Shown here: one piece after another, positions 1 to 10,000 of the stretch
Layout of the letters: every line of letters begins with the position of its first letter
Position numbering within the stretch: position 1 is the first letter of the stretch
Source: Armatimonadota bacterium
GTDB taxonomy: Bacteria > Armatimonadota > UBA10988
NCBI GenBank assembly: GCA_016235455.1
Contig: JACRKZ010000163.1
Location: forward strand, 1 to 31,878
Direction: 5' to 3'
DNA length: 31,878 nt
The notes under the pieces: model-generated
Databases searched by the model: none
The model's input: only the letters and a program-made list of their open reading frames with translations
Told to the model about the DNA's origin: nothing
Program-made: the position numbers and the translations under genes

Positions 1-2
1 GC

Positions 3-1973
3 ATGGCGCCGTTCGGTGTGGCGCGCGCCGGGGGCCGGCTCTATGTCAGCAACTGGGGCGGCCGCCGGCCCAAGCCGGGCGAGGCAACCGCCGCCAGCGC
101 CGGCAGCCAGGTGCTGGTTGACGAGCGCACCACGGTCACCCAAGGCACCGTGACCGTGCTCGACGAGGTCACGCTGGCGCAGGTCGCGGAGATCACGGTG
201 GGCCGGCTGCCCAGCGGCCTGGCCGTCAACAGCGACGGTTCGCGGCTCTATGTGGCCAACGCCAACAGCGACACAGTGTCCGTCGTCGACACCGAGGCCC
301 AGACCGTGGTCGAGACCATCGCCGTGCGACCCGACCGCGCCCTGCCGTTCGGCTCGGCGACCAACGCGCTGTGCCTGAGCCGCGACGGGAGGCGCCTGTT
401 CGTGGCCACCGGCACCAACAACGCCGTCGCCCAGGTGTTGCTGGGTCAGGGGCAGCCGAGTCGCGTCGAGGGCTGGATCCCCTGCGGCTGGTACCCCGGC
501 GCGGTGGCGCTCAGCGCCGATGGCGCGCAGCTCTTCGTGGCCAACACCAAGGGCCTGGGTTCCGTGGCGGCCACCGCGAAGCACAACTCGCATCAGCACG
601 AGGGCTCGGTCTCGCTGATCCCCCTGCCCGACGCCGCCCAGTTGGCCGACTACACGCAGCAGACCGCGGCCAACAACCGACTGAGTCTGGCCCTGGCCGG
701 GCTGGAGCCGGCACGGCCGGGCACAGCGCCAGCGCCGCTGCCCGCGCGCCACGGCGAGCCATCACCGATCAAGCACGTGGTCTACATCATCCGCGAGAAC
801 CGCACCTACGACCAGGTGCTGGGCGACATGAGCCAGGGCAACGGCGACCCGAGCCTGGTGCACTTCGGCCGCGAGGTGACCCCCAACGCCCACGCCCTGG
901 CCGAGGAGTTCTCGCTGCTGGACAACTTCAACTGCAGCGGCGTGCTCAGCGCCGACGGCCATCAGTGGACCAACGAAGCCTACGTGAGCAGCTACCTCGA
1001 GCGCATGTTCGGCGGGTTCTTCCGCAGCTACCCATACGAGGGCGACGACGCCCTGGCCTACTCGCCCACAGGCTTCCTGTGGGACAACGTACTGCGCGCG
1101 GGCAAGACGTTCCGCGACTACGGCGAGATGGTCCAGGCCCACATCCGGCCGTTGCGAGACGGCCAGAAGGCCAACTTCCGCACCATCTACAACGACTTCG
1201 TGGACAACGGCCGGCTGGACGACTTCGAGGTGAAGGCCACCTCGCAGATCAAGGCCCTGCGCGACAACATGTGCGAGACGACCATCGGCTTCCCCGGCAC
1301 CGTGCCCGACGTCTACCGCGCGAGCGAGTTCATCCGCGAGTTGCATGGCTTCGAGGCCAAGGGCGAGATGCCCAACCTGTGCATGATGCTGCTGCCATGC
1401 GACCACACCTCGGGCACCACGCCGGGCATGCCTACGCCGCGCGCGGCGGTGGCCGACAACGACCTGGTCCTGGGCCGCATCGTCGAAGCGATCACGCACA
1501 GCCGCTTCTGGCCCGAGACGGCCATCTTCGTTTGCCAGGACGACCCGCAGGCCGGCGCGGACCATGTCGACGGGCACCGCTCGCCGGCCTTCGTCATCTC
1601 GCCATACACGCCGCGGGGCACGGTGGACAGCCGTCGCTACACGCAGGTGGGCATGGTCAAGACCATCGAGCTGCTGCTCGGCTTGCCACCCATGAACCAG
1701 CTCGACCTGGCCGCCGAGCCGATGCGCGGCTGCTTTGGCGACAAGGCCGACCTGCGCCGCTTCACGGTCCGCCCCAACCGGGTGCCGCTGGACGAGTTGA
1801 ACCCCCAGCTCGCCCAGCTCGCCGGCGAGGCACTGCACTGGGCGCAGACCTCGATGACGCTGGACTTCGACGAGGTGGACGAGGTCGACGAGGACACGCT
1901 CAACCGCATCCTGTGGCACGCCTGCCGCGGCGACAAACAGCCCTACCCAAGCCGCCACGCCGGCGAGGGTTGA
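3..1973 (+). CDS. YVTN/YncE beta-propeller fused to phosphoesterase/alkaline-phosphatase-superfamily domain (5'-truncated by window edge)
   Basis: Propeller repeats (RLYVSNW, RLYVANANSDTVSVVD, LFVANTKG) followed by IKHVVYIIRENRTYDQVLGD, SADGHQW and DDPQAGADHVDGHR phosphoesterase motifs. Frame is open at the window start. Confidence 0.88.
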   Translation: MAPFGVARAGGRLYVSNWGGRRPKPGEATAASAGSQVLVDERTTVTQGTVTVLDEVTLAQVAEITVGRLPSGLAVNSDGSRLYVANANSDTVSVVDTEAQTVVETIAVRPDRALPFGSATNALCLSRDGRRLFVATGTNNAVAQVLLGQGQPSRVEGWIPCGWYPGAVALSADGAQLFVANTKGLGSVAATAKHNSHQHEGSVSLIPLPDAAQLADYTQQTAANNRLSLALAGLEPARPGTAPAPLPARHGEPSPIKHVVYIIRENRTYDQVLGDMSQGNGDPSLVHFGREVTPNAHALAEEFSLLDNFNCSGVLSADGHQWTNEAYVSSYLERMFGGFFRSYPYEGDDALAYSPTGFLWDNVLRAGKTFRDYGEMVQAHIRPLRDGQKANFRTIYNDFVDNGRLDDFEVKATSQIKALRDNMCETTIGFPGTVPDVYRASEFIRELHGFEAKGEMPNLCMMLLPCDHTSGTTPGMPTPRAAVADNDLVLGRIVEAITHSRFWPETAIFVCQDDPQAGADHVDGHRSPAFVISPYTPRGTVDSRRYTQVGMVKTIELLLGLPPMNQLDLAAEPMRGCFGDKADLRRFTVRPNRVPLDELNPQLAQLAGEALHWAQTSMTLDFDEVDEVDEDTLNRILWHACRGDKQPYPSRHAGEG

Positions 1974-1995
1974 GCGCGGCCAACCCATGAGGGGC

Positions 1996-2032
1996 GCTCT
2001 TGCTTAGCGTGTAGGCCACGCTAAGCAAGAGC
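1996..2032. terminator. Perfect 16-bp inverted repeat (terminator-like or REP-like hairpin)
   Basis: GCTCTTGCTTAGCGTG-taggc-CACGCTAAGCAAGAGC, 22 nt after the stop at 1973. No U-tract follows. Confidence 0.6.
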
Positions 2033-2136
2033 AGCACCGAACTAACGCGCCGCGAGGTAGCCGCTCGCACCCCAGGCCAATACTGGCCATCAGCACAGAC
2101 TGGTCGCAGAGCGGGACGGACGGCATGGAGGGTGCG

Positions 2137-2429
2137 ATGTAGTTCACGGACCGACGACCAAGAGCAGCGTTCACGCTGATCGAGCTACTGGTGGTCATCG
2201 CCATCATCGCCATTCTGGCGGCGATGCTGTTCGCGGTGTTCGCCGCGGCGCGATAGTAGGCGCGCTCGGCGAGCAGCTGCGGCAACCCCAAGCAGACCGC
2301 CACAACGGCGCGGCCTACGTCGAGGGTCATGTCAAGGCCATCCGCCCCTGAGACCTTGGCCCGCTCATCCCCTCGGGCGCCTACCGCAAGTTCTCTGACC
2401 TCACCATGCAGGCTGGCCCCTGGTCCTGA
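2137..2429 (+). pseudogene. Degraded prepilin-type N-terminal cleavage/methylation + H-X9-DG (DUF1559-like) gene
   Basis: RBS GGAGG, then [50 protein letters not shown]. After a frame change near 2295 it reads DRHNGAAYVEGHVKAIRP*DLGPLIPSGAYRKFSDLTMQAGPWS*. Internal stops at 2140, 2254, 2257 and 2349; the central domain is missing. Confidence 0.85.
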
Positions 2430-2441
2430 CCGCCCGCCACC

Positions 2442-2457
2442 AGCGGATGGATCCGCT
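2442..2457. promoter_or_regulatory. 7-2-7 palindrome upstream of the glycosidase pair (possible operator or small hairpin)
   Basis: AGCGGAT-GG-ATCCGCT. Confidence 0.25.
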
Positions 2458-2570
2458 CGCGATCTTGCTCTATGCACTCGTCATGTAGTCGTATCGCTTC
2501 GAGATGCGGTCGGCGCCTTGACTCTGGGCGCGATAGCGTTGAACCTGCGCGCACGGAGGGGCTTTGGCGT

Positions 2571-4910
2571 ATGTTCTCCACCTGCCTGGGCGTGCTGACC
2601 GCCATGGCCGTCGGCGCGCCCGCCGCAGCGTTCGAGCTGTCGCGCGTACGGCTGCTGGACGGTCCGTTCCGCGTGATCCAGGAACTGCACCGCCAGGGCC
2701 TGCTCGGCCAACTCGATCCCGACCGCCTGCTCTATCCGTTCCGCCGCTGCGCCGGACTGCCGCAGCCGGCCGGCATCACTGCGGGCTACGGTGGGTGGGA
2801 CGACGGCTTCATCAGCGGCCACTACGCCGGGCACTACCTCACCGCGGCATCGCGCATGGCCGCCGCCACGGGCGATGCGACGCTGCGCGAGCGGGCCGAG
2901 GCCATGGTGCGTGTGCTGGCCGAGTGCCAGGCCCGGCTGGGCGGCGGCTATCTGTCGGCCTTCCCAGCCGAGCGTCTGGACCGTCTCGAAGCCACGCCGC
3001 GCGCCGCTTCGGTCGACTACTACACCATCCACAAGATCCTCGCCGGCCTGGTGGATGTCGCGCGACACCACCACAACGACCAGGCGCTCGAGGTCGCGGG
3101 CCGGCTGGCCGACTACGTCGCGGGTCGCATGGCGCGGCTGAGCCCCGAGCAGATCGAGGCGCTGTGCCGCACCGACTACACGGGCAACCCGACCAACGAG
3201 TTCGGCGGCATGGCCGAGGCGCTGGCCGACCTGGCGCTGCTGGCGCGTGAACGCGGCCTGGCGGATGCCGACCGCCACCTGAAGCTGGCGGCGGTCTTCT
3301 GCCGCGACTGGTTCGTCGATCCGCTCGCGCGCGGCGAGGATCGGCTGGATGGGCTGCACGGCAACAGCCACATCGCCCAGGCCGCGGGCCTGGCACGCTA
3401 CTCCCTGGCCACCGGCGACGAGCGCATGGGCCGCGCGGCCGCGGCGTTCTGGCGACTGGTGGTCGAGCAGCGCTCGTTTGTCAACGGCGGCAACGCCTTC
3501 GCCGAGAAGCTGCGCGCGGCCGGCACCGAAGTGGCCGGCACGGGCATGGCCATGCTCACGCCGCTCACCGCCGAGTACTGCAACACAAACAATATGCTCA
3601 AGCTGACGCGCTCGCTGTTCGAGCGGGCGCCAGCGGCCGCGCTGGGCGACTACGCCGAGGGCGCGCTCTACAACCACATTCTGGCGGCCATCGCGCCGGA
3701 CACCGGCCAGGTCATGTACCACATGTCCATGCGGCCGGGCGACTTCAGGGTGCACATCGACGAGCCCTACTGCTGCCAGGGCACCGGCCTCGAGAACGCC
3801 GCGCGCTTTGGTGAGAGCATCTACTTTGGCCGCGACGACGCGCTGTGGGTCAACCAGTACATCGCCTCGACGCTCGACTGGCGCGAGCAAGGCCTGCGAC
3901 TGCGGCTCGACACGCGCTATCCCGAGGATGGGCTGGTCCGGCTGACGATTGAGGCGGGTCAGCCGCGGCTGGCCACCATCCACCTGCGCATCCCAGGCTG
4001 GCTCCAGGGCACCGCCGTGGCGCGCATCAACGGCCAGCCCGTGGCCGACCGGCCAGCGCCGGGCACTTTCCTGGCGCTGGCGCGCACCTGGCTCGATGGC
4101 GATGTCATCGAACTGCGGCTGCCACTGGGCCTGCGCCAGCGCGTCAGCCGAGACGACCCGACCATGGTATCGTTCTTCCACGGGCCCCTGCTGCTGGCGG
4201 GCGCGCTCGGGCGCGACGGCATGCCCGTCTCCGATACCGGCGCCCACCTGGCCTTCAGTGACGCGCCGCCCTTCCCCGTGCCGGTGATCGTCGCCGAGAC
4301 GCCGACGCGAGCAAGCGCCGCGGTGACGCCGGTCGACGGTGTGCCCGCGACCTACATGGCGCACCTGACGCGCTGGGCCGACCGGCAGCCCACGACCGTG
4401 GCGCTGAAGCCGTTCTACCAGGTGCAGCACCAGCGCTACGCCGTCTACTGGAAGGCGCTGGCCGCGAGCGACCTGGCGTCCTACGCCGTGGCCCAGGCCA
4501 CGCTGGCCGGCGCGTCGTCGTTCGTGGGCGATGCCGATGCCGAGCGCAGCCGCCACGTGCAGGGCGAGCAGACGCGCACCGGCAGCCACGCCGGCCGACG
4601 CTGGCGCGATGCCATCCAAGGCGGCTGGTTCTCCTATCGGCTGCCGCTGCCGGGCGCGGGCGCCGCGCTGCTGGTCTGCACCTACTGGGGTGGCGAGACG
4701 GGGAACCGCGTCTTCGACATCCTCGTCGATGACCAGCAGATCGCCACGCAGACGCTGGCACAGAACCAGCCCGGCGGCTTCTACGCCGTGGCCTATCGGC
4801 TGCCCGATGCGCTGACGCGCGGCAAGCAGTTCGTGGTGGTACGCTTCCAGGCGCATCCGGGCGCGCAGGCCGGCGGTGTGTTCGATGTGCGGCTCACGGC
4901 GGCGCCGTAG
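2571..4910 (+). CDS. Secreted GH127/GH146-type beta-L-arabinofuranosidase-like glycoside hydrolase (DUF1680) with C-terminal DUF6805-like domain
   Basis: RBS GGAGGGG before ATG 2571; signal peptide. Motifs GHYAGHYL, YYTIHKILAGL, EFGGM, LHGNSHI, AEYCNTNNMLKL, CCQGTG, LRIPGW; C-terminal RRWRDA..GGWFSY and TYWGGE. Confidence 0.9.
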   Translation: MFSTCLGVLTAMAVGAPAAAFELSRVRLLDGPFRVIQELHRQGLLGQLDPDRLLYPFRRCAGLPQPAGITAGYGGWDDGFISGHYAGHYLTAASRMAAATGDATLRERAEAMVRVLAECQARLGGGYLSAFPAERLDRLEATPRAASVDYYTIHKILAGLVDVARHHHNDQALEVAGRLADYVAGRMARLSPEQIEALCRTDYTGNPTNEFGGMAEALADLALLARERGLADADRHLKLAAVFCRDWFVDPLARGEDRLDGLHGNSHIAQAAGLARYSLATGDERMGRAAAAFWRLVVEQRSFVNGGNAFAEKLRAAGTEVAGTGMAMLTPLTAEYCNTNNMLKLTRSLFERAPAAALGDYAEGALYNHILAAIAPDTGQVMYHMSMRPGDFRVHIDEPYCCQGTGLENAARFGESIYFGRDDALWVNQYIASTLDWREQGLRLRLDTRYPEDGLVRLTIEAGQPRLATIHLRIPGWLQGTAVARINGQPVADRPAPGTFLALARTWLDGDVIELRLPLGLRQRVSRDDPTMVSFFHGPLLLAGALGRDGMPVSDTGAHLAFSDAPPFPVPVIVAETPTRASAAVTPVDGVPATYMAHLTRWADRQPTTVALKPFYQVQHQRYAVYWKALAASDLASYAVAQATLAGASSFVGDADAERSRHVQGEQTRTGSHAGRRWRDAIQGGWFSYRLPLPGAGAALLVCTYWGGETGNRVFDILVDDQQIATQTLAQNQPGGFYAVAYRLPDALTRGKQFVVVRFQAHPGAQAGGVFDVRLTAAP

Positions 4911-4971
4911 GAGACCCCACCTGCAGGCGGGACAACGGACCCGCGTGGCTGGCATGCACCGGAGGATCGCG

Positions 4972-6405
4972 ATGACCGGTAGCGCACTCCTGCTACTCGC
5001 CTGCGGCGCGGCCAGCGCCGCCGTGTTCGTGCCCGATGGGCAGATCCGGCCGGACGACTTCACCGTGCTCATGGCGGTCGACGGCCGGGCGTCGGACGGG
5101 CTGGTGCCGTTCCAGCCGGGCAGCCACGCCAAGTTCTACCTGCAGGGCTGGCGGCGGCCGGAGCAGCAGGTAGGCTGGACCGTCTCGGCGGCCACCGCGG
5201 CGCAGTATGAGGCCGCCGTCGTCATTCGCCGAACCGGCCGGCAACCGGTGCGCGTCGAGCTGACCGCGGCGGGCCAGACGCTGACGGCGACACTGCCGGC
5301 CGAGGCGCTGCCCTGGTGGGACCGTCTGCACCTCGACGGGCGGCTGGTCTTGCCCGCCGGGCCGACCGGGGTGACCCTGCGCCTGACCCCGGCCGACGGT
5401 GCGGGCGAGTTCGACGCGCAGGTCCACGCCGTGGAGCTGGTGCAGCCGGCGGTGCGCGCCGAGCTCGACCGGCGCGCGCTGGCCCTGCGGGCCGACCCAA
5501 CCTGGTTCAGGCAGGCACGCTACGGCCTCATGGTCCACTGGACCGCGCAGTCGGCACCGCTGCATGGCGCGCCGTTGCCCTATGACCAGGCCGTCGCGGC
5601 GTTCGATGTCGAGCGCTTCGCCCAGCAAGCGGCCCGCACCGGCGCCGGGTTGGTGGTGTTCACCACGGCCCACGCGCTGCAGTACTTCCCCGCGCCGCTG
5701 GCCGCGCTGGACAAGGCGCTGCCCGGCCGCACCAGCCGCCGCGATCTGGTCGCCGACCTGGCCGACGCGCTGGGCCGGCGCGGCATCCGGCTCATGCTCT
5801 ACTACCATCTGGGCGCGGCCAACGACACGGAGTGGATGCGAGCCTGCGGCTTCTGGGAGACCGACACCTCGCGACTGTTCGACACCTGGCGCGCGATCGT
5901 CGGCGAGGCCGGTACGCGCTACGGCGACAAGCTGGCCGGCTGGTGGTTCGACGACGGCAGCACCAGCTACTACTACCGCAGCGCGCCGTGGGAGTCGCTG
6001 GCGCGTGCGGCCAAGGCGGGCAACCCCCAGCGGCTGGTGGCGTTCAACGCCTGGGAGCTGGTCAACCCCACGCAGTTCCACGACTTCTGCACGGGCGAGG
6101 GCTGCCAGGAGCCACGCGGCTTCTGCGGCGTCATCCAGCCCGGCGGCGACGGCCGCTATCCGCGCGGCACCCACGCCGGCCTGCAGGCCAGCGCCTGCCT
6201 GATCACCGAGCGCGACTGGGGCCACTTTGACCGGGAGACGCCCCTGCCGAACCCCAAGTGGACCGCGGACCAGTTGACGCCGCTGCTCCAGAGCTTTGTC
6301 GCCTGCGGCAACGTGCCCATCTTCAACCTGGAGATAAGCCAGGAAGGCCTGCTCTCGACCAGCTCGGTCGAGCTGTTCGAGCGCGTGCGCGCCGGCTTGC
6401 GCTGA
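4972..6405 (+). CDS. Secreted GH29 (alpha-L-fucosidase)-like TIM-barrel hydrolase with N-terminal galactose-binding-like/CBM module
   Basis: RBS GGAGGA at 4961; signal peptide. Motifs WFRQARYGLMVHW, FDVERFA, GAGLVVFTTAH, RRDLVADLADAL..RGIRLMLYY and GWWFDD (putative nucleophile). Confidence 0.75.
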   Translation: MTGSALLLLACGAASAAVFVPDGQIRPDDFTVLMAVDGRASDGLVPFQPGSHAKFYLQGWRRPEQQVGWTVSAATAAQYEAAVVIRRTGRQPVRVELTAAGQTLTATLPAEALPWWDRLHLDGRLVLPAGPTGVTLRLTPADGAGEFDAQVHAVELVQPAVRAELDRRALALRADPTWFRQARYGLMVHWTAQSAPLHGAPLPYDQAVAAFDVERFAQQAARTGAGLVVFTTAHALQYFPAPLAALDKALPGRTSRRDLVADLADALGRRGIRLMLYYHLGAANDTEWMRACGFWETDTSRLFDTWRAIVGEAGTRYGDKLAGWWFDDGSTSYYYRSAPWESLARAAKAGNPQRLVAFNAWELVNPTQFHDFCTGEGCQEPRGFCGVIQPGGDGRYPRGTHAGLQASACLITERDWGHFDRETPLPNPKWTADQLTPLLQSFVACGNVPIFNLEISQEGLLSTSSVELFERVRAGLR

Positions 6406-6408
6406 GGT

Positions 6409-6867
6409 TCAGTCGAACGTGCCCCACTCCACGCCGCGTCCGCGCGCCGCGCGCAGTCGGTCGGACAGCACGCCGACATGGTGCTGGATGTGGCGCAGAT
6501 TGGTGAGCTGGTGGTCGATCTTGGTCAGCCGGTACCAAGGGAAGCCGCAGTCGTCGGCCTCGAGGTCGAGCGCGTCCACCGCGGCGTCCAGGCCATCTTC
6601 GCACCGCTGCCAGTAGGCCAGCAGTTGCGCGCGCGTGTATGGCTCGCCCTTCTCGAATCCGTCGCGGTGCTCCGACCACGGCACAAACGAATCCACGTTG
6701 GCCTGGAGGTAGAAGTCGGTGTAGAACAGGGCGTGGTAAGCCACGGCCCAGTAGGCCGACCCGGCCGGCCCGGCGGCCCACTGGTCGTCGGGGCATTCGG
6801 CGATGGCCTGCCTAAGCATGGCCAGCGAGGCGTGGTACTGGCCCTTGAGTGCTGCTCGGATGTCCAT
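6409..6867 (-). CDS. DinB/YfiT-like protein
   Basis: RBS AGGAG before ATG 6867. Motifs CPDDQW, YWAVAYHALFYTDFYL and NLRHIQHHVG (metal-binding histidines). Confidence 0.85.
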   Translation of the reverse strand: MDIRAALKGQYHASLAMLRQAIAECPDDQWAAGPAGSAYWAVAYHALFYTDFYLQANVDSFVPWSEHRDGFEKGEPYTRAQLLAYWQRCEDGLDAAVDALDLEADDCGFPWYRLTKIDHQLTNLRHIQHHVGVLSDRLRAARGRGVEWGTFD

Positions 6868-6883
6868 GCGCGGCTCCTGTTCG

Positions 6884-6913
6884 AGCATAGCGCATTGGGC
6901 GCGGGTCAGGCAA
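6884..6913 (-). promoter_or_regulatory. Putative sigma70 promoter of the DinB gene
   Basis: Minus strand TTGCCT-N18-TATGCT just upstream of the RBS. Confidence 0.4.
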
Positions 6914-7001
6914 ACACGGCTTGGGGTGGCACCAACATCGCGCGCGTGGCCGGAGGCCATCGGCCGCGCGCGCCGAAAGGCACCCACGACCCGGGACAAC
7001 C

Positions 7002-10000
7002 ATGAAGCATCGACCCACACTGCTGCTCATCGTGAGCCTGCTGATGAGCAACATCGCACATGCCGTGAGCGTTGGCCAACTGCGCTGCGAATACCGCACC
7101 GACCCGCTCGGCGTGGACATCGCCGCGCCGCGCCTCAGCTGGACGCTGGACTCCGGTCGGCAGACGGCCTACCAAATCCTCGCCGACGGTCTGTGGGACT
7201 CGGGAAAGGTGGTCTCCGCGGCCAGCCTCAACGTGCGCTACGCCGGCCGGCCGCTGGCGTCGTCGCAACGGGTGACCTGGCGCGTGCGCGTGTGGGATGA
7301 GGACGACAAGCCCTCGGCCTACAGCGCGCCGGCGAGCTTCGTCATGGGTCTGCTGGCCGACGGCGACTGGCAGGCGCAGTGGATCGGCTCGGCCGCCGCC
7401 GCCGGGGCCCGGCGGGCGCGTGGCTATCATGCCGCCGAGGCGGGCCGCGAGGACGATGTCAAGTGGGTGCAGATCGACCTGGGCCAGGCCCGGCCACTGA
7501 CCACCATCCGCCTCCACCCCATGCGCCATGAGGGTCGTGACGGTTTCGGCTTCCCACTGCGCTACCGCGTCGAGATCGCCAGCGATGCGGCCTTCGCCAC
7601 GCCCACCGTCGTGGCCGACCAGACCGCCGCCGATGTGGCCAACCCCGGTGTCACACCTGTGGCCATCGATGCGCGCGGCGCCTCGGCCCGCTATGTGCGC
7701 GTGACCGCCACCAAACTCGCCAAGCCCACGGCCAGCTTCTGCTTCGCGCTGAGCCAGATCGAGGTGGTGTCCGACGGCCGCAATGTGGCGCAAGGGGCGG
7801 CGGTGACCGCCAAGGACACGGTCGAGCTGTATGGCTGGGGCAAGGACTCGCTGACCGACGGCACGCTGCGGCCCGGCGTCGGCGAGCAGGCCGCCTCCGG
7901 CTCGGTCATGCTGCGGCGTGAGATCACGGTGCGGACAGGCCTGCGCCGGGCGCTGGTGCACCTGTGCGGCCTGGGCGAGTATGAGCTGTCGCTCAACGAC
8001 GCCAAGGTCGGCTCCGACTTGTTCGCGCCGGGCTGGAGCAAATACGACCGCACCTGCCTCTATGAGACCCACGACCTGACTGCCGCCCTGCGGCCCGGCG
8101 CCAATGAGTTGCGCCTGTTGCTGGGCAACGGCATGTACAACGTGGTCGGCGGGCGCTACACCAAGTTCACCGGCAGCTTCGGCCCGCCCAAGGCCATCGC
8201 GCACCTGCGGCTGGAGTATGCCGACGGCACGACCGACACGGTCGGCACCGACGACCGCTGGCAGGCCAGCCCCGGCCCGCTGACCTTCACCTGCGTCTAC
8301 GGCGGCGAGGACTACGATGCCCGCTGGACGCCCACCTGGGAGCCGGCCGCGGTGGTCCAGGGCCCCGGCGGCGCGCTGCGGGGGCTGAGCGTGTCGGCGC
8401 CTCCGGTGCGCGCGTTCGAGGTGCTCAAGCCAGCGAACATCAAGGAGCTGCGACCGAATGTGAAGGTCTACGACCTGGGTCAAAACGTCGCGCTCATGCC
8501 GCGGCTGACCGCGCGCGGCCCGGCCGGCTCGACCGTACGCATCACACCGTCGGAGCTGCTGCGGGCCGATGGTGACCTGGACGACGTGGCCTGCGGTGGC
8601 GGCGGCTACTGGACCTACACGTTGGCCGGCCGTGGCGCCGAGAGCTGGGCACCAGCCTTCTACTACCGGGGCGCGCGCTACCTGCGCGTCCACTGCGCCG
8701 GCGGCGCCGAGGTCACCGCGCTGGACGGCGTGGTGGTGCATTCGTCGTCGACGCCGGTGGGTGGGTTCGAGTGCTCGAACGACCTGTTCAACCGCATCCA
8801 CACGCTGGTGCGCTGGGCGCAACGGTCCAACATGGTCAGCGTGCTGACCGACTGCCCGCACCGCGAGAAGCTCGGCTGGCTGGAGCAGTATCACCTCAAC
8901 GGCCCATCGCTGCGCTACGAGTTCGACCTGGCCGCGCTGTTCGCCAAGGGCATGAACGACATGGCCGACGGGCAGCTGGCCAACGGGCTGGTGCCCACCA
9001 TCGCGCCCGAATACGTCAAGTTCGGCGGTGACAACCGCAACGCGTTTGGCGACTCGCCCGAGTGGGGCAGCGCCTTTGTGCTGGTGCCCTGGCAGCAGGT
9101 GGAGTTCGACGGCGATCTCGACCTGCTGCGTGCGCGCTACGACGCCATGGGCCGCTATGTGGCCTATCTGGGCAGCCGCGCGCGCGAGCACATCGTCGAC
9201 TACGGGCTGGGCGACTGGTACGACATCGGCCCGCGCGGGCCTGGCGAGTCGCAACTCACGCCCAAGGCGCTGACCGCCACGGCCATCTGGTACGAGGACA
9301 TCACCGTCATGCTCCGCGCCGCGCGGCTGCTGGGCAAGATCGACGACGTGGCCCGCTACGAGGCGCTGGCCAAGGCCGTGGGCGAGGCGTTCAACGCGCG
9401 GTTCTTCAATGCCGGCACCGGCAGCTATGCCACCGGCTCGCAGACGGCCAACGCCATGCCGTTGGTGCTGGGTCTGGTTTCGCCCGAACGGCGCGCCGGC
9501 GTGGTCGACGCGCTGGTGCGGGACGTGCAGACCAAGGGCCTGACCGCGGGCGACGTGGGCTACCGCTACCTGCTGCGCGCGCTGGCCGACAACGGCCGCT
9601 CCGACGTGGTCTTCGCCATGAACAACCAGTCGGACAAGCCGGGCTACGGGTACCAGCTCAAGCGCGGCGCCACCAGCCTGACCGAGGCCTGGGACGCGGG
9701 CCGCGGCTCCTCGCAGAACCACTTCATGCTGGGCCAGATCAACGAGTGGTTCTACCACGACCTGGCCGGCATCCAGTGCGACCCGGCCGGGCCGGGCTTC
9801 GCGCGGATCGTCATCCGACCGGCGATCGTGGGCGATCTGTCCTGGGTCAAGGCGCATCACGACTCGCCCTATGGCCGCATCGAGAGCAGTTGGCGGCGCG
9901 AGGGCGCGGCCGTGACGCTGGAGGTGACCATCCCCGGCAACACGACCGCGACGGTCTTCGTGCCCGGCCAGGCCGCGGGCCAGACCGTCGGGCCGGGCCA

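Noticed and set aside
2137-2259. Three in-frame TAG codons suggesting amber recoding or pyrrolysine readthrough
   Set aside because: TAG ends intact genes here (4910, 10031, 10028, 11340, 12354). The remnant also has a frameshift, a TGA and a deletion, so it is simply decayed.
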